Shown one piece after another: positions 13,814-25,390 of a stretch of 64,000 nt of DNA. Numbering within the stretch: the stretch's first letter is position 1; every line of letters starts with the position of its first letter. Source of the stretch: Macrostomum lignano (taxonomy: Eukaryota). The notes beneath the pieces are model-generated. The model saw nothing but the letters and a program-made list of their open reading frames with translations. It was not told the origin of the DNA and made no database searches. Location of the stretch: NCBI GenBank assembly GCA_002269645.1, contig NIVC01000787.1, positions 43,648 to 107,647 on the forward strand, written 5' to 3'. A program made the translations under genes and the position numbers.

Positions 13814-14493
13814 TAGCTAGCTAATTTATTGCACCTGCAAGCGATAGAGTTAATTGCTTGGGGTCGGATTCCACCCGTGAGCTGGCGGACAAAGGAGGCA
13901 GTAGACGGACACAGGCTTGATGAACGAGAAACGTAAATTTCTACGATAAGACCAACTCGGTCTTGAAGTTTTGCTGCAAGCAGGGTGGCTACTCATTGAT
14001 GTATTTATTCAAGAGCATGCTTTGCGCTGTGTGTCAGCAGAATTTGGTTGTGAATTATATTGTCTTGCATTGAAAAAATAAACTGCATTTTAGTCTGAAA
14101 TCTTACATTAGATACAGTATGATGTTTTTATTACACATTTACTATATATAGTTTTCTTGACGTAAATGTGCTCATTTTATGCTAACAAAAATTTTGAAAA
14201 TGTTGTGTTGTGTTGTGCTTTTTGTGACCAAATTCAATAGGTTTATGCATGTACAAGCGGGCCAGTAAGGATACAAGAAGTTAAGATTATTAGTGAGAGG
14301 TACGAACACAGGGACAACTAAAACCCTCGGGACGCGAAACGAGCCAATTCATGGCATAAAATCTGAGGGGCTCGCTTAAAAGTATTGTTCTATGGCTTTT
14401 TCAAGTCTTCTCTGCTCTCTTCTCTTCTCTGCGGCCAGCAGTGAAGCTAAGCTGAACTATATCAAGAGAAGCATTTTTTATTCACTTGATGAA

Positions 14494-14832
14494 ATGCCAA
14501 GAAAGTGCAGCGTATTTCCGTGCTCGTCAAATTACAACTCTGAAGCCGTTCGAACACGGATATTTGCGTTTCCCAGAGATCCACAGGAGCGAGAGCGATG
14601 GAGAAAGGCGCTGCCAAATATTCTCCAGGTAAGAAACCAGATCATTTGCTGTCATTTCTGCTGCATAATTCCGCTTCAATTCTGCATGCCAGTCTCGTCC
14701 AAACAACTTGAAACCCAAAATTTATTATTTTAGAGAGTGACTGACAATATGGGCGTGTGCGTAAAGCATTGGCCAAGCGATGCTCCAATGGTCAAGAAAA
14801 ACTCTACCGAAAGGCCAATTAATCCTCCTTGA
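14494..14832 (+). pseudogene. THAP zinc-finger exons of the P-like transposase
   Basis: Exon 14494-14628 (MPRKCSVFPC...FPRDPQERERWRKAL), GT-AG intron 14629-14733, exon from 14734 (RVTDNMGVCVKHW...PINPP*). The C2CH THAP ligands and the conserved P and W are present, followed by a premature TGA. Confidence 0.8.
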
Positions 14833-15075
14833 GTTCCTAGCTCGTGTTTTGTTCAGAACCAAGGTACGTAACTTAAAGATTGCTCAACACTTAGCGTCTA
14901 TATCGATTTTGCCGCTCACAATTATCTTACTTTTATTTTTACTCTTATTTTAGACCAGGACCGACAGGCCGAAAAGCGCGGTGTTCTTTCTGACGCGAGG
15001 TGCGGCGACATCGATGAGATGTACGCTTTTCAGCTGCTTGATTTTTTGCCGGCATGGGTAAGTTTTTGAGCTGAG

Positions 15076-16887
15076 GTGAAAAATTCGGATGTCGTATCTC
15101 GACATGCACTGAACACAGCTATTCTGAACGAAGACGTTTACTTGTTTACGTTAGATAAAGATGGAGACTTGTCTATTCGAATTTTTGTCTCACCCAACTT
15201 TCTGATTCGTGCATTCAAACTGCATACACCGATTTCGGTTCGAGACTTGTTGGGATTTCAACCGACACTTAAGCGCTGGTCGCAACTGGATGCTGTTGTC
15301 GTGCGGTGCAAACATTCCGACGCCAATCCCCAACGTGAAGTCGAAGCGTTTGTTAGTAGAATCAGTGATGATATAGATTCTGACTCTGATTTGGATCCGT
15401 CGCTTCAGTTTTTGATTCGACAACTTAGCCTTACATTAGTAAATCGGAACAATCGCCGCTATGATATTTCACTAGTGCGACAGTAAGCATTGCTCTACTT
15501 GATCAGTAGTTCGGCTTACTCTTACCTACGAAAGCTATTAACATTGCCTCATCCCCGAACGCTGCAGCTGCAACTAGCAGGTACAGGAGAAGTTGGCACA
15601 GAAACCGACGCAGCCGATGTGATCCAGTCAGTTTTTGCTAGTCTATCAGGAGCTCAGCGAAACTGCGTAATTATGTTTGACGAAATGTACATACAACCGT
15701 CCGTTCGATATCGATGCCGTCACCTTCTGGCTCGAGCCGTCGACGATCCGGACCAGGTTGCTAGGACAATTTTGGCCATAATGGTAAAGCCATTACTTGG
15801 TAGAAAACCGTTTGTAGTCCGACTATTGCCGACATACATTTTGTCTGCGGAGTTTCTGCGAAAATGCGTCAGCCAATGTATTAAAGCAATTAACAACAAC
15901 GGTGGCCGTGTCGTTGCTCTCGTCAGCGACAATCACCCTACCAACCGCAAGTGTTTTGCTTTATTTAGCGATGGAAGAGAGAAGCCATGGATTGGAACGG
16001 ATGCTGCACAGGAGTCGGAATTCTTCATGCTGTTCGATTTCGTTCACATTATCAAATGCATTCGCAACAATTGGCAAATGGAAGCGAATGGAATTCTAAG
16101 CATTCAACCTCCTGGCGCTGACCCACGAATCAGCTACGTTCTGCTGGCTGACTTTCACAGTGATCCACTTGAGGCTGAGTTTGGCGTGTATCGCCAAATG
16201 AGCGGCGGCAACTACTATGTATCTGTGGAGCAAGTGCTGCTCAGTGCTCGACTCCGACGAATGAAATTATTCGCATCCCTTGAATTAGCAGACTACAATC
16301 ACGATCGGAGCAAATGTTGCAATGAACAGCTGAATAAAATTGAACTGGCGACCATTGATAATTGTGCTGCTAAATCAGAGGAGCTTTCCATTTCGGAGAT
16401 GGCTTCGCTCTACTATATCGCAGGTAAGCTGGATATTAATTAAAATTTAATTCACAACGAGGTTTTACACAATCTCATAAAAACAATTTAAACCGTGCTT
16501 AATTGGAAATTGACAGGTTATACAGCGACTAAAGAAGGCATCAAAGGAACAGATTTGATATCAGAGACGAGCATTCCAGCCAGCGAATTCACTGAAGAGT
16601 TATCTCGCGGAAAGCTTTGTCATCCTCCACAATGGCTGTTGGACTTATCCTGTCTCTGCTACAGCAGTTTTATTCTGCACTCTCCTACGTGCGCAACTCG
16701 CGTGCAGAAGCTGTTTTATGTTATTAAGGACTTTTACTTTCCAACTAAGACACAGTTCAGCATGGACAGTGTGTCCCGTCGGCTAGCCAACGTTTTTTTC
16801 AAAGGACTAGTAAGACGCTCGTCAAAACTTCCACCAATACCGACGACATCCCATGTTAGAAAGCTTCGGAAGTTAGATGCTCAGTAG
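15076..16887 (+). pseudogene. P-element-like transposase body (disrupted)
   Basis: SAYSYLRKLLTLPHPRTL, CVIMFDEM, VVALVSDNHPTN, FDFVHIIKCIRNNW, SDPLEAEFGVYRQMSGGN and YYIAG|Y across intron 16424-16516. In-frame TAA at 15484-15486. Confidence 0.85.
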
Positions 16888-16959
16888 GTGAAGTTCCAGC
16901 GTTTCCTTTATGTACGAGCTACTGACTGTTTGTGTCGTCTTGCCCTTGGAGTTCCGTAT

Positions 16960-17075
16960 TTGCTTCTATCTTCTTGCCGTTGGAGTTATATCTTTGCTTT
17001 CATCTTTTATCTTCTTGCCGTTGGAGTTATATCTTTGCTTTTATCTTTTATCTTCTTGCCGTTGGAGTTTTTTTG
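16960..17075 (+). repeat. 41-bp tandem repeat (3 copies) in the P-element 3' region
   Basis: TTCTTGCCGTTGGAG recurs at 16971, 17012 and 17053. Confidence 0.8.
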
Positions 17076-17699
17076 TTGATATGGCGGTTACTTTATTGTA
17101 AATACATTGTAATTATATCACTGGTTCCTATTCTTTAAATTAAATACTCGATATTGCCTCGCTTTACTATTTAATCTAACCGTTAATGCCTGATAGCAGA
17201 GAAGACTTGAAAAAGCCATAGAACAATACTTTTAGGCGAGCCCCTCAGATTTTTTGCCATGAATTGGCTCGTTTCGCGTCCCGAGGGTTTTAGTTGTCCC
17301 TGGTACGAACAGGTAAGATAAATCAGTCAAAAGTTCGAGAAGGTAAGAATAATTGAAAGCTGATTAATAATGAATAGAATTAAACAACACAATGGTGACG
17401 ATTTAGCTGCAATAAGTTGCAATTTTCTTGAATTTTATTGTTGTTCTGGAATTAAAATTAGTTTGTCTCATACGGGAGAGTTCATAAAGGTATTTTTATA
17501 ATTGGCTTTGACACTGATAAACATATATAGACCCTTAATGGAATCAGTTTATGTGAAATTTTAGTGAAATATGGACAGTATAAATATCCGAATTACACGA
17601 AGTTAGCTATATGAAAGAGGCAAGAGAAGACAACGCCTAAATATAGTAATGTGAGTGATTTCTTTGAAATTTAAATAGTTGACAAAACTTCAGAATTTA

Positions 17700-18195
17700 G
17701 AAACGCTCAGAGACGTTCAGTTCAGGTCAGGGACTACTCAAACACCGGGACGGGAAACTAGGAATTTTTTACGAGGCTGGTATTTTTGGCAGCTGACGAG
17801 GCTGGCTGGCTTATTTTCATAGAGCTGTGTTACTTTGTTGTCTATGGTTATTTTCTACTGCTGCTAAAAGACCAGCCTCGTAAAGAATTCCAAGTTTCCC
17901 GTCCCGGTGTTTAAGTAGTCCCTGGTTCAGGTTCAGTGACGTTCGGTTCAGGGGTTCAGAGACGTTCAGTTCAGGTTCAGAGACGTTCAGTTCAGGTTCA
18001 GAGACGTTCGTTTCAGGTTCAGAGACGTTCAGTTCAGGTTCAGAGACGTTCGGTTCAGGTTCAGAGACGTTCGGTTCAGGTTCAGAGACGTTCGGTTCAG
18101 GTTCAGAGACGTTCGGTTCAGGTTCAGAGACGTTCAGTTCAGGTTCAGAGACGTTCGGTTCAGGTTCAGAGACGTTCAGTTCAGGTTCAGAGACG
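17700..18195 (+). repeat. 21-bp minisatellite (GTTCAGAGACGTTCAGTTCAG)n interrupted by a MITE
   Basis: About 13 copies; source of the spurious QRRSVQV ORF. Confidence 0.9.
17728..17924. mobile_element. 197-bp MITE with P-like termini
   Basis: About 65-bp imperfect TIRs (CAGGGACTACTCAAACACCGGGACGGGAAAC...); perfect 8-bp TSD GTTCAGGT at 17720-17727 and 17925-17932. Confidence 0.88.
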
Positions 18196-18257
18196 GCATG
18201 CAGATGTCATAAGACGGCATCGTGTTTCTCAGTGAGACTCTAATGCTGTCTCCAGGA

Positions 18258-19555
18258 TCAGTAAATGTATAGAGACAGGCGGATGGCCCTCAGCGACCTC
18301 CGGGCTCCGTCGTAATACCAGGTCATCCATATTAGGCCAGACTTCTCCGTAGGCGAGTACTCACCATTTGGATTAATTAGTGTACAGGCTTTAAACCACC
18401 AGCCACTTTTGCCGTGGTAGGCGTTCGAGCAGGAGCCACCAAATCTGTCATTGTCTCGATCCTTGGTGGAGAACTTCATGCCATTGTGGTAGTGAAGCCG
18501 ACCGATCTCAAGGTTTGAACGCGCGAGGTCCAGTTGTCCAACAGTCATAGTATAATCAGTGCTGCCGTTTTGCACGTGAAAGTCAGGATACACCTGGTAT
18601 AGAGTCCCGTTCTGCCACGTAATCATTTGAACAAGCAGATCGACACCGCTTGGATCCCGCGAGGTGAGCTGGTGAAGGGCTTGCAGACCTGATAAGATTT
18701 ACCAGTTACAGGGGACTATTAGCTCAGAACAAAACTCCCAGTCTAAGTGTTTAATCTGCTCATCAATCCAATAGTTGACATCGTCGCCGAAGCCAGACTC
18801 GTAGACGCTCCACGGCTGCTGGAAGCTGGTGTCGCTCACTCGCTGCTGGACGGGGCAGAACAGGCCTCCGTCTATCGCAGCCACGACGGTCCGCTGGCAC
18901 GGAGACGATGAGGCTGCAATTGCAAGTTTTGTCTCGTAAATAGCATTGGAAAGCGAGTTCTTTTCTGCAGACGGCTCTCAGGTGCCGCCGTACATCAGGG
19001 CAACGAAAGTCGACCAACAGTCAGCAAGGAGGCGAGTAGCTACACGCGTGCCAATTTAGCTGACCTCTGAGCACTCACAAGGATACTTACTTACACGCCG
19101 GCACAACTCACACAGCTAATGAAAATTGAAACTTTACATGTTCAAAACTGCACATTGTCATGAAGCCTTGCCAGTCATTTCTACTGAAGTGCTAACCAGA
19201 TCCTGGGTCTAATGGTGCCTTCCAGCCATTGTTACAGCCGCACTGCATCAAATCCGTCTATCCTTGATCTCAATAAGCTGAATTGCCCTTCCAGCTTTCC
19301 TGTGAGCTCACCTGCTCGCCGTCTTAGGCCCGAGTTGTACACTAGAAGGTCATCAGTGGCGAGGCCTCCAGGCTCCTCGTTCGACATCTGGCACTTGGAG
19401 CTGGCCGGTGAGAAGCTGAAAGTCAGACAGTTGGTGCGCTGGCTGCACAGAGAGGCGCAGTGGAACTTGTTTTTGGCGACCAGTCTGGTGATCTCGGCGA
19501 ACTCGGCGGCCAGGTTCGGTGGCGAGTTCGGTTCCGGCTCGAACACGCGACTCAC
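18258..19555 (-). pseudogene. PAN/apple + fibrinogen-related domain (FReD) gene, probably decayed
   Basis: HCASLCSQRTNCLTFSF (PAN/apple-like) at 19232-19555. VQQRVSDTSFQQPWSVYESGFGDDVNYWI ends at 18764. Exon 18688-18258 reads GLQALHQLT...HNGMKFSTKDRDND...GWWFKAC..NPNG (fibrinogen C). There is an in-frame TGA near 18980, and the donor at 18763 reads AT instead of GT. Confidence 0.75.
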
Positions 19556-20624
19556 TGCAAGTTGGAAAGAAAGTTGCGGAGAAATTTCAGTTGCTCAGAT
19601 TTCTTTAACAGCAATTTTTTAATTTCCCTTCGAGTTTTGTTGTTCCCGAGGTGCATTTTAAGTTTACATGTTGTTTTGTAAACAGGAATTTACTCAAGAC
19701 AATTGAGACACTTACATTGAATGACCGCGACTGCAGAAAAGCAAATGCTGGACCAGATAAGGCAGAAGAACACCCAGGTGCAGTGGAGATTGCAGCTAAG
19801 CTTAGTTTTGTGCATGCTTGTAAAATAGATTGCTTGCAAGGGGTGGAGAATCTTGTCAACAAGGAATGCTTTTCACAAGCTCTAAAGCCATGTTTTATAC
19901 TCCAGCAAAGACAAAGAGCCCTGTTAAGACAATGGACATGCGCCAGGGAATTCAGCTTCTATAGCCGAAGATGGGACTATGCTAATGCCGTTCATCAGGA
20001 GTCTGCTGCACCAACCAGATTACTTTTTAGCTGGGAATCCTTTGTGGCTGTGAATGGCAGAGATATATCAATGTGCTTGAGTAAGACACAGGTCCAAAAG
20101 ACTCTACCCTGTTTCTACATAGAATCTCAATTTTGTGAACAAAAAGCTTTATGAATATCAATAGAGCAATAAGAAAAGCGCAACATATCAAAAGATGAGC
20201 ATTGGATCTGCCTCCTATCGAAAGCAATAACAATTGTTGTGCTGAAAAGATGAAAACTTCCCCATCTGTCGTATTTTTCGGCGAAAACCAGCCTCTAACT
20301 TTTTATAGGAAACGTAGTTTCCCGTCCTTCTAGTTGAGTAGTCCTTGGGTCCTAAATGCCATGGGCCGTATGCAGAAAGCTCTGTCTAGGGTAGTCCGGT
20401 CTTGAAAAGCTAGTCTGGACTCGGATTTGGTATGCCGAAACACAAATTTAGACCGGTCTAGCATAGACAAAACTACCCTAGTTCTGTCTATGGTAGCTTA
20501 GTCTTACTTTGGTATGCATAAAAGCTTTGACTAGTTAGTCTGGACTTAGACAAAACCTAGCCTGCTCTAGAGCTGTCTTGATAGCTAATTTTGCACTGCC
20601 TTCGCCCTTAGACGATTGAAAGAA

Positions 20625-20939
20625 ATGAATATTTTGGTTGCGATAGATTTAGTTCAGCGAGACCTCCATCGACAACGCATATTTCGTGATCGGTTGGAGC
20701 CACTTCAACAATTCTCGGAGGTTGAAATTAAAAGACTGTTTCGGTTCAAACCTAGATCACTTCTATCACTTGTGGAGCTTGTCGAGACAGATCTCGAACG
20801 GACGACAATGCGTAACAGAAGCCTGACTCCCATGCTACAGCTGTGCCTGACACTATCTTATCTCGGCACTGGATGCTTTCAGCAGAACCTGTCTGCTCTT
20901 GGAGGTATCGACCAAAGCACCATGTCCCGCTGCTACTAG
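20625..20939 (+). pseudogene. Harbinger (HARBI1-like) transposase N-terminus
   Basis: RIFRDRLEPLQQFSEVEIKRLFRF...QLCLTLSYLGTGCFQ...GIDQSTMSR; truncated before the DDE core. Confidence 0.85.
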
Positions 20940-21212
20940 AAGTCATTAGAGGACATTTTTGGAGCTGGCCCGCCTCCAGTCTTCTTCGTAGTTTTTTCCT
21001 TAACTCGTTGCAAGATGTTTTTCCATTTTTTCTGCACCTGGTCGACCGTGTAATTTGGTCTTGAAGTGGTCGTTTACTTGAGATGTTACGTCTTCTCAAG
21101 CGTTTGCCCTTCTTCGCCTGCATGCAGGCGTTTGGCCCTTCGACAAAATTGAAGCCGAATGTCTTTGTAGAACGTCAAGAAGAACTGTTTCGTAGTCTGT
21201 TGTCGCTGACAT
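20936..21212 (-). pseudogene. Harbinger Myb/SANT-like accessory protein N-terminus
   Basis: MSATTDYETVLLDVLQRH...[stop/frameshift]...TVDQVQKKWKNILQRVKEKTTKKTGGGPAP is the Myb/SANT-like motif typical of Harbinger ORF2. Confidence 0.75.
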
Positions 21213-22719
21213 TTCAGAAGTATACGCATATGCACAGAGAACCAGTATAGGAACGGTTAAGTTAGCGACCCAGTATATAAACAGAAAGCATTTACAGGGG
21301 TTTGGGCCATAGAACTAAAAAAATCATTAAAACTAGGCGCTAAAGTTGGGCGCTCTGTCTAGCTTAGACTAGTCTAGCCTAGACGAATCTCGGTAGTCGC
21401 GACTAGCTTTTGTGCATACCGATTTTAAGACCCTAGACAGAACTACCCAGTCCGGACTAGCTAGTCTGGACTATGCTTTCTGCATACGGCCCATGTCTGC
21501 ATCGGCTTGAGACATGGACAAAGCTTTAATCAGTCTAGTGAAAAATCTTCTTGAGGCGAAACTGACTTCATTCAGCTTTTGAGCTTGTTATACAGCCGCT
21601 ATTGTTGCTGTCCTAAGGAAAATGAATGTTTACAGCAAAAAAAGCATCAGGCCATCTGGCCCAACATAGCTCGTATCAGCATCCCCTGTGAGCTTTGGAA
21701 TCAAAGCCTCCCTTTAAGCCATGGCTTAACAATACTCTCGCTTCGACGCTTGGCCTACCAACAACTCGCAATTGACCCTGACGTCTCAGCAAATACCCCC
21801 CTCCCTCCCTCATGGGCCACAGCATTTCAGCGATAAAAAAGTTAGAACAATTAGGGAAGATGGAATAGGCAGCTCTGCGCCTCTTGAGTCACTGGAAACC
21901 TCGCCGATTTGACGAGCGCAACGCCGTCTTCACGACCGTGAGGTTGGAGAGACAGCAAGTGCAGCTCGTACAAGAGACAGTAAAACTCAGGGGCCATGGA
22001 TTTTAAGGTGCGGGGGAAACCAAGAATTCTACATGTACATGTATAACATGACTAAATTCATACATGTACATGTCAGCTCTCATTTTAGTGCCGCAAGCAC
22101 TCATTTTAGTGCCGCAGGCCCTATATTTTGTCGCCGTGAAACAAAATTATTAATTGATTTCCATAACGGGTCACAAGGTGGGGTGGGGGCCACAGGAACC
22201 GGGGTTGGAAAACTTTTTGAGAGATGACAGAAAGATGAGAGGGGAGAGAGGAGAGAACTGAGAAGAGAGATGAGAAGAGACAAACCTTGAGCGGACCGGA
22301 TTGCTATTGTGAAGTTTTAAAGGACCCTCCTCGAATTGCAGTCATTGCTTAAAAAACCTTTGGAAGCATGGATGAATAAGGAATATCATGGATTGTCATT
22401 AACTTGATCAACGCAAGAAAATTTTTGCCCTTAAAATTCGTTATTGACTACTGCAAAGTTCTAGAATTATGTTATATTACTCATCTGCCAAATTTCTGTG
22501 GCCCCGACTCACTCCCCAATCTTGGGATTGGTCCCCCGCTTCAACTACATCGGCTGAGTGGAGTCTATAAATACTTACCCTGCTTGAACGATTTGGACGA
22601 TGTATTTTGGTGATGTCTTTGACATAAACTATGTCACATATAAGTAGTTTAGAACAAAAACAACATAGCTCTTAAAAAAGAATTATAAATCTATGGTTGA
22701 AACTGGCTGACAAGAGAAA

Positions 22720-23257
22720 AAACCTATATATCACAAACCCGAAATATCACAAACCCGAAACATCACAAACCCGAAATATCACAAACCCGAAACATCACAA
22801 ACCCGAAATATCACAAACCCGAAACGTCACAAACCCGATATATCACAAACCCGAAACGTCACAAACCCGAAATATCATAAACCCGATATATCACAAACCC
22901 GAAACATCACAAACCCGAAATATCACAAACCCGAAACGTCACAAACCCGATATATCACAAACCCGATATATCACAAACCCGATATATCACAAACCCGAAA
23001 CGTCACAAACCCGAAATATCATAAACCCGATATATCACAAACCCGAAACATCACAAACCCGAAATATCACAAACCCGAAACGTCACAAACCCGATATATC
23101 ACAAACCCGATATATCACAAACCCGATATATCACAAACCCGAAACGTCACAAACCCGAAATATCATAGCTCCGAAAGTGCTAGCAACGCCCAACGCTATT
23201 TTCGTTTTCATGATAATGATATTTCGGAGCTGTGATTTTTCGGGTTTGTGATGGCGA
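22720..23257 (+). repeat. Left arm, core and short right arm of the 17-bp foldback element family
   Basis: About 26 copies of (ATATCACAAACCCGAAA), core GAAAGTGCTAGCAACGCCCAACGCTATTTT, then inverted units ending GTTTGTGATGGCGA as at 11266. Confidence 0.8.
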
Positions 23258-23744
23258 TTCGTTAAAATGAAAACAAATATGTTTTAAAATGAAAACAAAC
23301 GTGTGTTAAAATGAACATCAACTGTACTAGGTAAACATTTGCTATCTGCTGCAATCGTAGGTAGCTACGGGGATTTCAATGAGTTATCGGTTAAGCCAAC
23401 CGAGCTTTCTATGGGGAGCAAAGTAGAGTTGCCCGCACGGCAGTTTTCTCGTTTTTAAAAAAAGATTTCCCTTCATTGTTTGTTGTCAAAGCAATGTAGA
23501 GTGTTTTTGCCTTTTTGAAACGATAAACTAAATGGGAAACGATCATGTTATGACAGTTCCAAAATGACAGTTCCAATTTTGTTGAAATTTTATTCTCGTT
23601 ATGGAACTAGAATTTATTTATTTAGAAGAGCTCCCTTGCTCATCTCAAAAACCGGCTTTGACTAATAAGTGTATAGCAATTAATGGAAATTTGTTTGCTT
23701 TCCTGTGAAATCCATGGAGGCTGAATAAGTAGATGAAAGCGACA

Positions 23745-25390
23745 GATAGGAGAGACAGAGGGGAGAGACAGAGGGGAGAGACAGAGGGGAGAGACAGAGG
23801 GGAGAGAAGAGACAGTGGACAGAGGGGAGAGAAGAGACAGTGTATAGGGGGGGGGGAGAAGAGACAGTTGACAGAGGGGAGAGAAGAGACAGTGTATAGG
23901 GGGGGGGAGAAGAGACAGTTGACAGAGGGGAGAGAAGAGACAGTGTATAGGGGGGGGAGAAGAGACAGTTGACAGAGGGGAGAGAAGAGACAGTGTATAG
24001 GGGGGAGAAGAGACAGTGGACAGGGGGAGAGAAGAGACAGTTGACAGGGGTGAGAGAAGAGACAGTGTATAGGGGGGGAGAAGAGACGTGGACAGAGGGG
24101 AGAGAAGATACAGTTGACAGAGGGGAGAGAAGAGACAGTGGACAGAGGGGAGAGAAGAGACAGTGGACAGAGGGGAGAAGAGACGTGGACAGAGGGGAGA
24201 GAAGATACAGTTGACAGAGGGGAGAGAAGAGACAGTGTATAGGGGGGAGAAGAGACAGTGTATAGGGGGGAGAAGAGACAGTCGACAGAGGGGGGGAAGA
24301 GACAGTGTATAGGGGAGAGAAGAGACAGTGGACAGAGGGGAGAGAAGAGACAGTGGACAGAGGGGAGAGAAGAGACAGTGGACAGAGGGGAGAGAAGAGA
24401 CAGTGGACAGAGGGGAGAGAAGAGACAGTGGACAGAGGGGAGAGAAGAGACAGTGGACAGAGGGGAGAGAAGAGACAGTGGACAGAGGGGAGAAGAGACG
24501 TGGACAGAGGGGAGAGAAGATACAGTTGACAGAGGGGAGAGAAGAGACAGTGTATAGGGGGGAGAAGAGACAGTGTATAGGGGGGAGAAGAGACAGTTGA
24601 CAGAGGGGGGGAAGAGACAGTGTATAGGGGGGAGAAGAGACAGTGGACAGGGGGAGAGAAGAGACAGTGGACAGAGGGGAGAGAAGAGACAGTGGACAGG
24701 GGTGAGAGAAGAGACAGTGTATAGGGGGGGAGAAGAGACGTGGACAGAGGGGAGAGAAGATACAGTTGACAGAGGGGAGAGAAGAGACAGTGTATAGGGG
24801 GGAGAAGAGACAGTGTATAGGGGGGAGAAGAGACAGTGTATAGGGGGGAGAAGAGACAGTTGACAGAGGGGGGGAAGAGACAGTGTATAGGGGGGGAGAA
24901 GAGACAGTGGACAGGGGGGAGAGAAGAGACAGTGGACAGAGGGGAGAGAAGAGACAGTGGACAGGGGTGAGAGAAGAGACAGTGTATAGGGGGGGAGAAG
25001 AGACGTGGACAGAGGGGAGAGAAGATACAGTTGACAGAGGGGAGAGAAGAGACAGTGTATAGGGGGGAGAAGAGACAGTTGACAGAGGGGGGGAAGAGAC
25101 AGTGTATAGGGGAGAGAAGAGACAGTGGACAGAGGGGAGAGAAGAGACAGTGGACAGAGGGGAGAGAAGAGACAGTGGACAGAGGGGAGAGAAGAGACAG
25201 TGGACAGAGGGGAGAGAAGAGACAGTGGATAGAGGGGAGAGAAGAGACAGTGGACAGAGGGGAGAGAAGAGACAGTGGACAGGGGGAGAGAAGAGACAGT
25301 GGACAGGGGGAGAGAAGAGACAGTGGACAGGGGGAGAGAAGAGACAGTGGACAGGGGGAGAGAAGATACAGTTGACAGAGGGGAGGGAAG
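23745..25390 (+). repeat. Purine-rich minisatellite (about 25-27 bp, GACAGAGGGGAGAGAAGAGACAGTG)
   Basis: 1.65 kb of near-continuous variant units; explains all ORFs at 23733-25413. Confidence 0.95.

Larger units (their letters stand above)
14309..17302 (+). mobile_element. P-superfamily DNA transposon (THAP + transposase), internally deleted and non-autonomous
   Basis: 108-bp TIRs (14309-14416 and 17195-17302, about 2 mismatches) starting CAGGGACAAC. Flanking duplication GTACGAACA at 14300-14308 and 17303-17311. Contains THAP and P-transposase coding segments. Confidence 0.93.
20363..21492. mobile_element. PIF/Harbinger transposon, centrally deleted
   Basis: TIR GGGCCGTATGCAGAAAGC / GCTTTCTGCATACGGCCC; subterminal CTAGTCTGGACT motifs; convergent transposase and Myb remnants. 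Confidence 0.88.

Noticed and set aside
19651-20154. 167-aa plus-strand ORF
   Set aside because: Non-ATG start, no domain, and overlaps the presumed 5' region of the FReD gene on the opposite strand.
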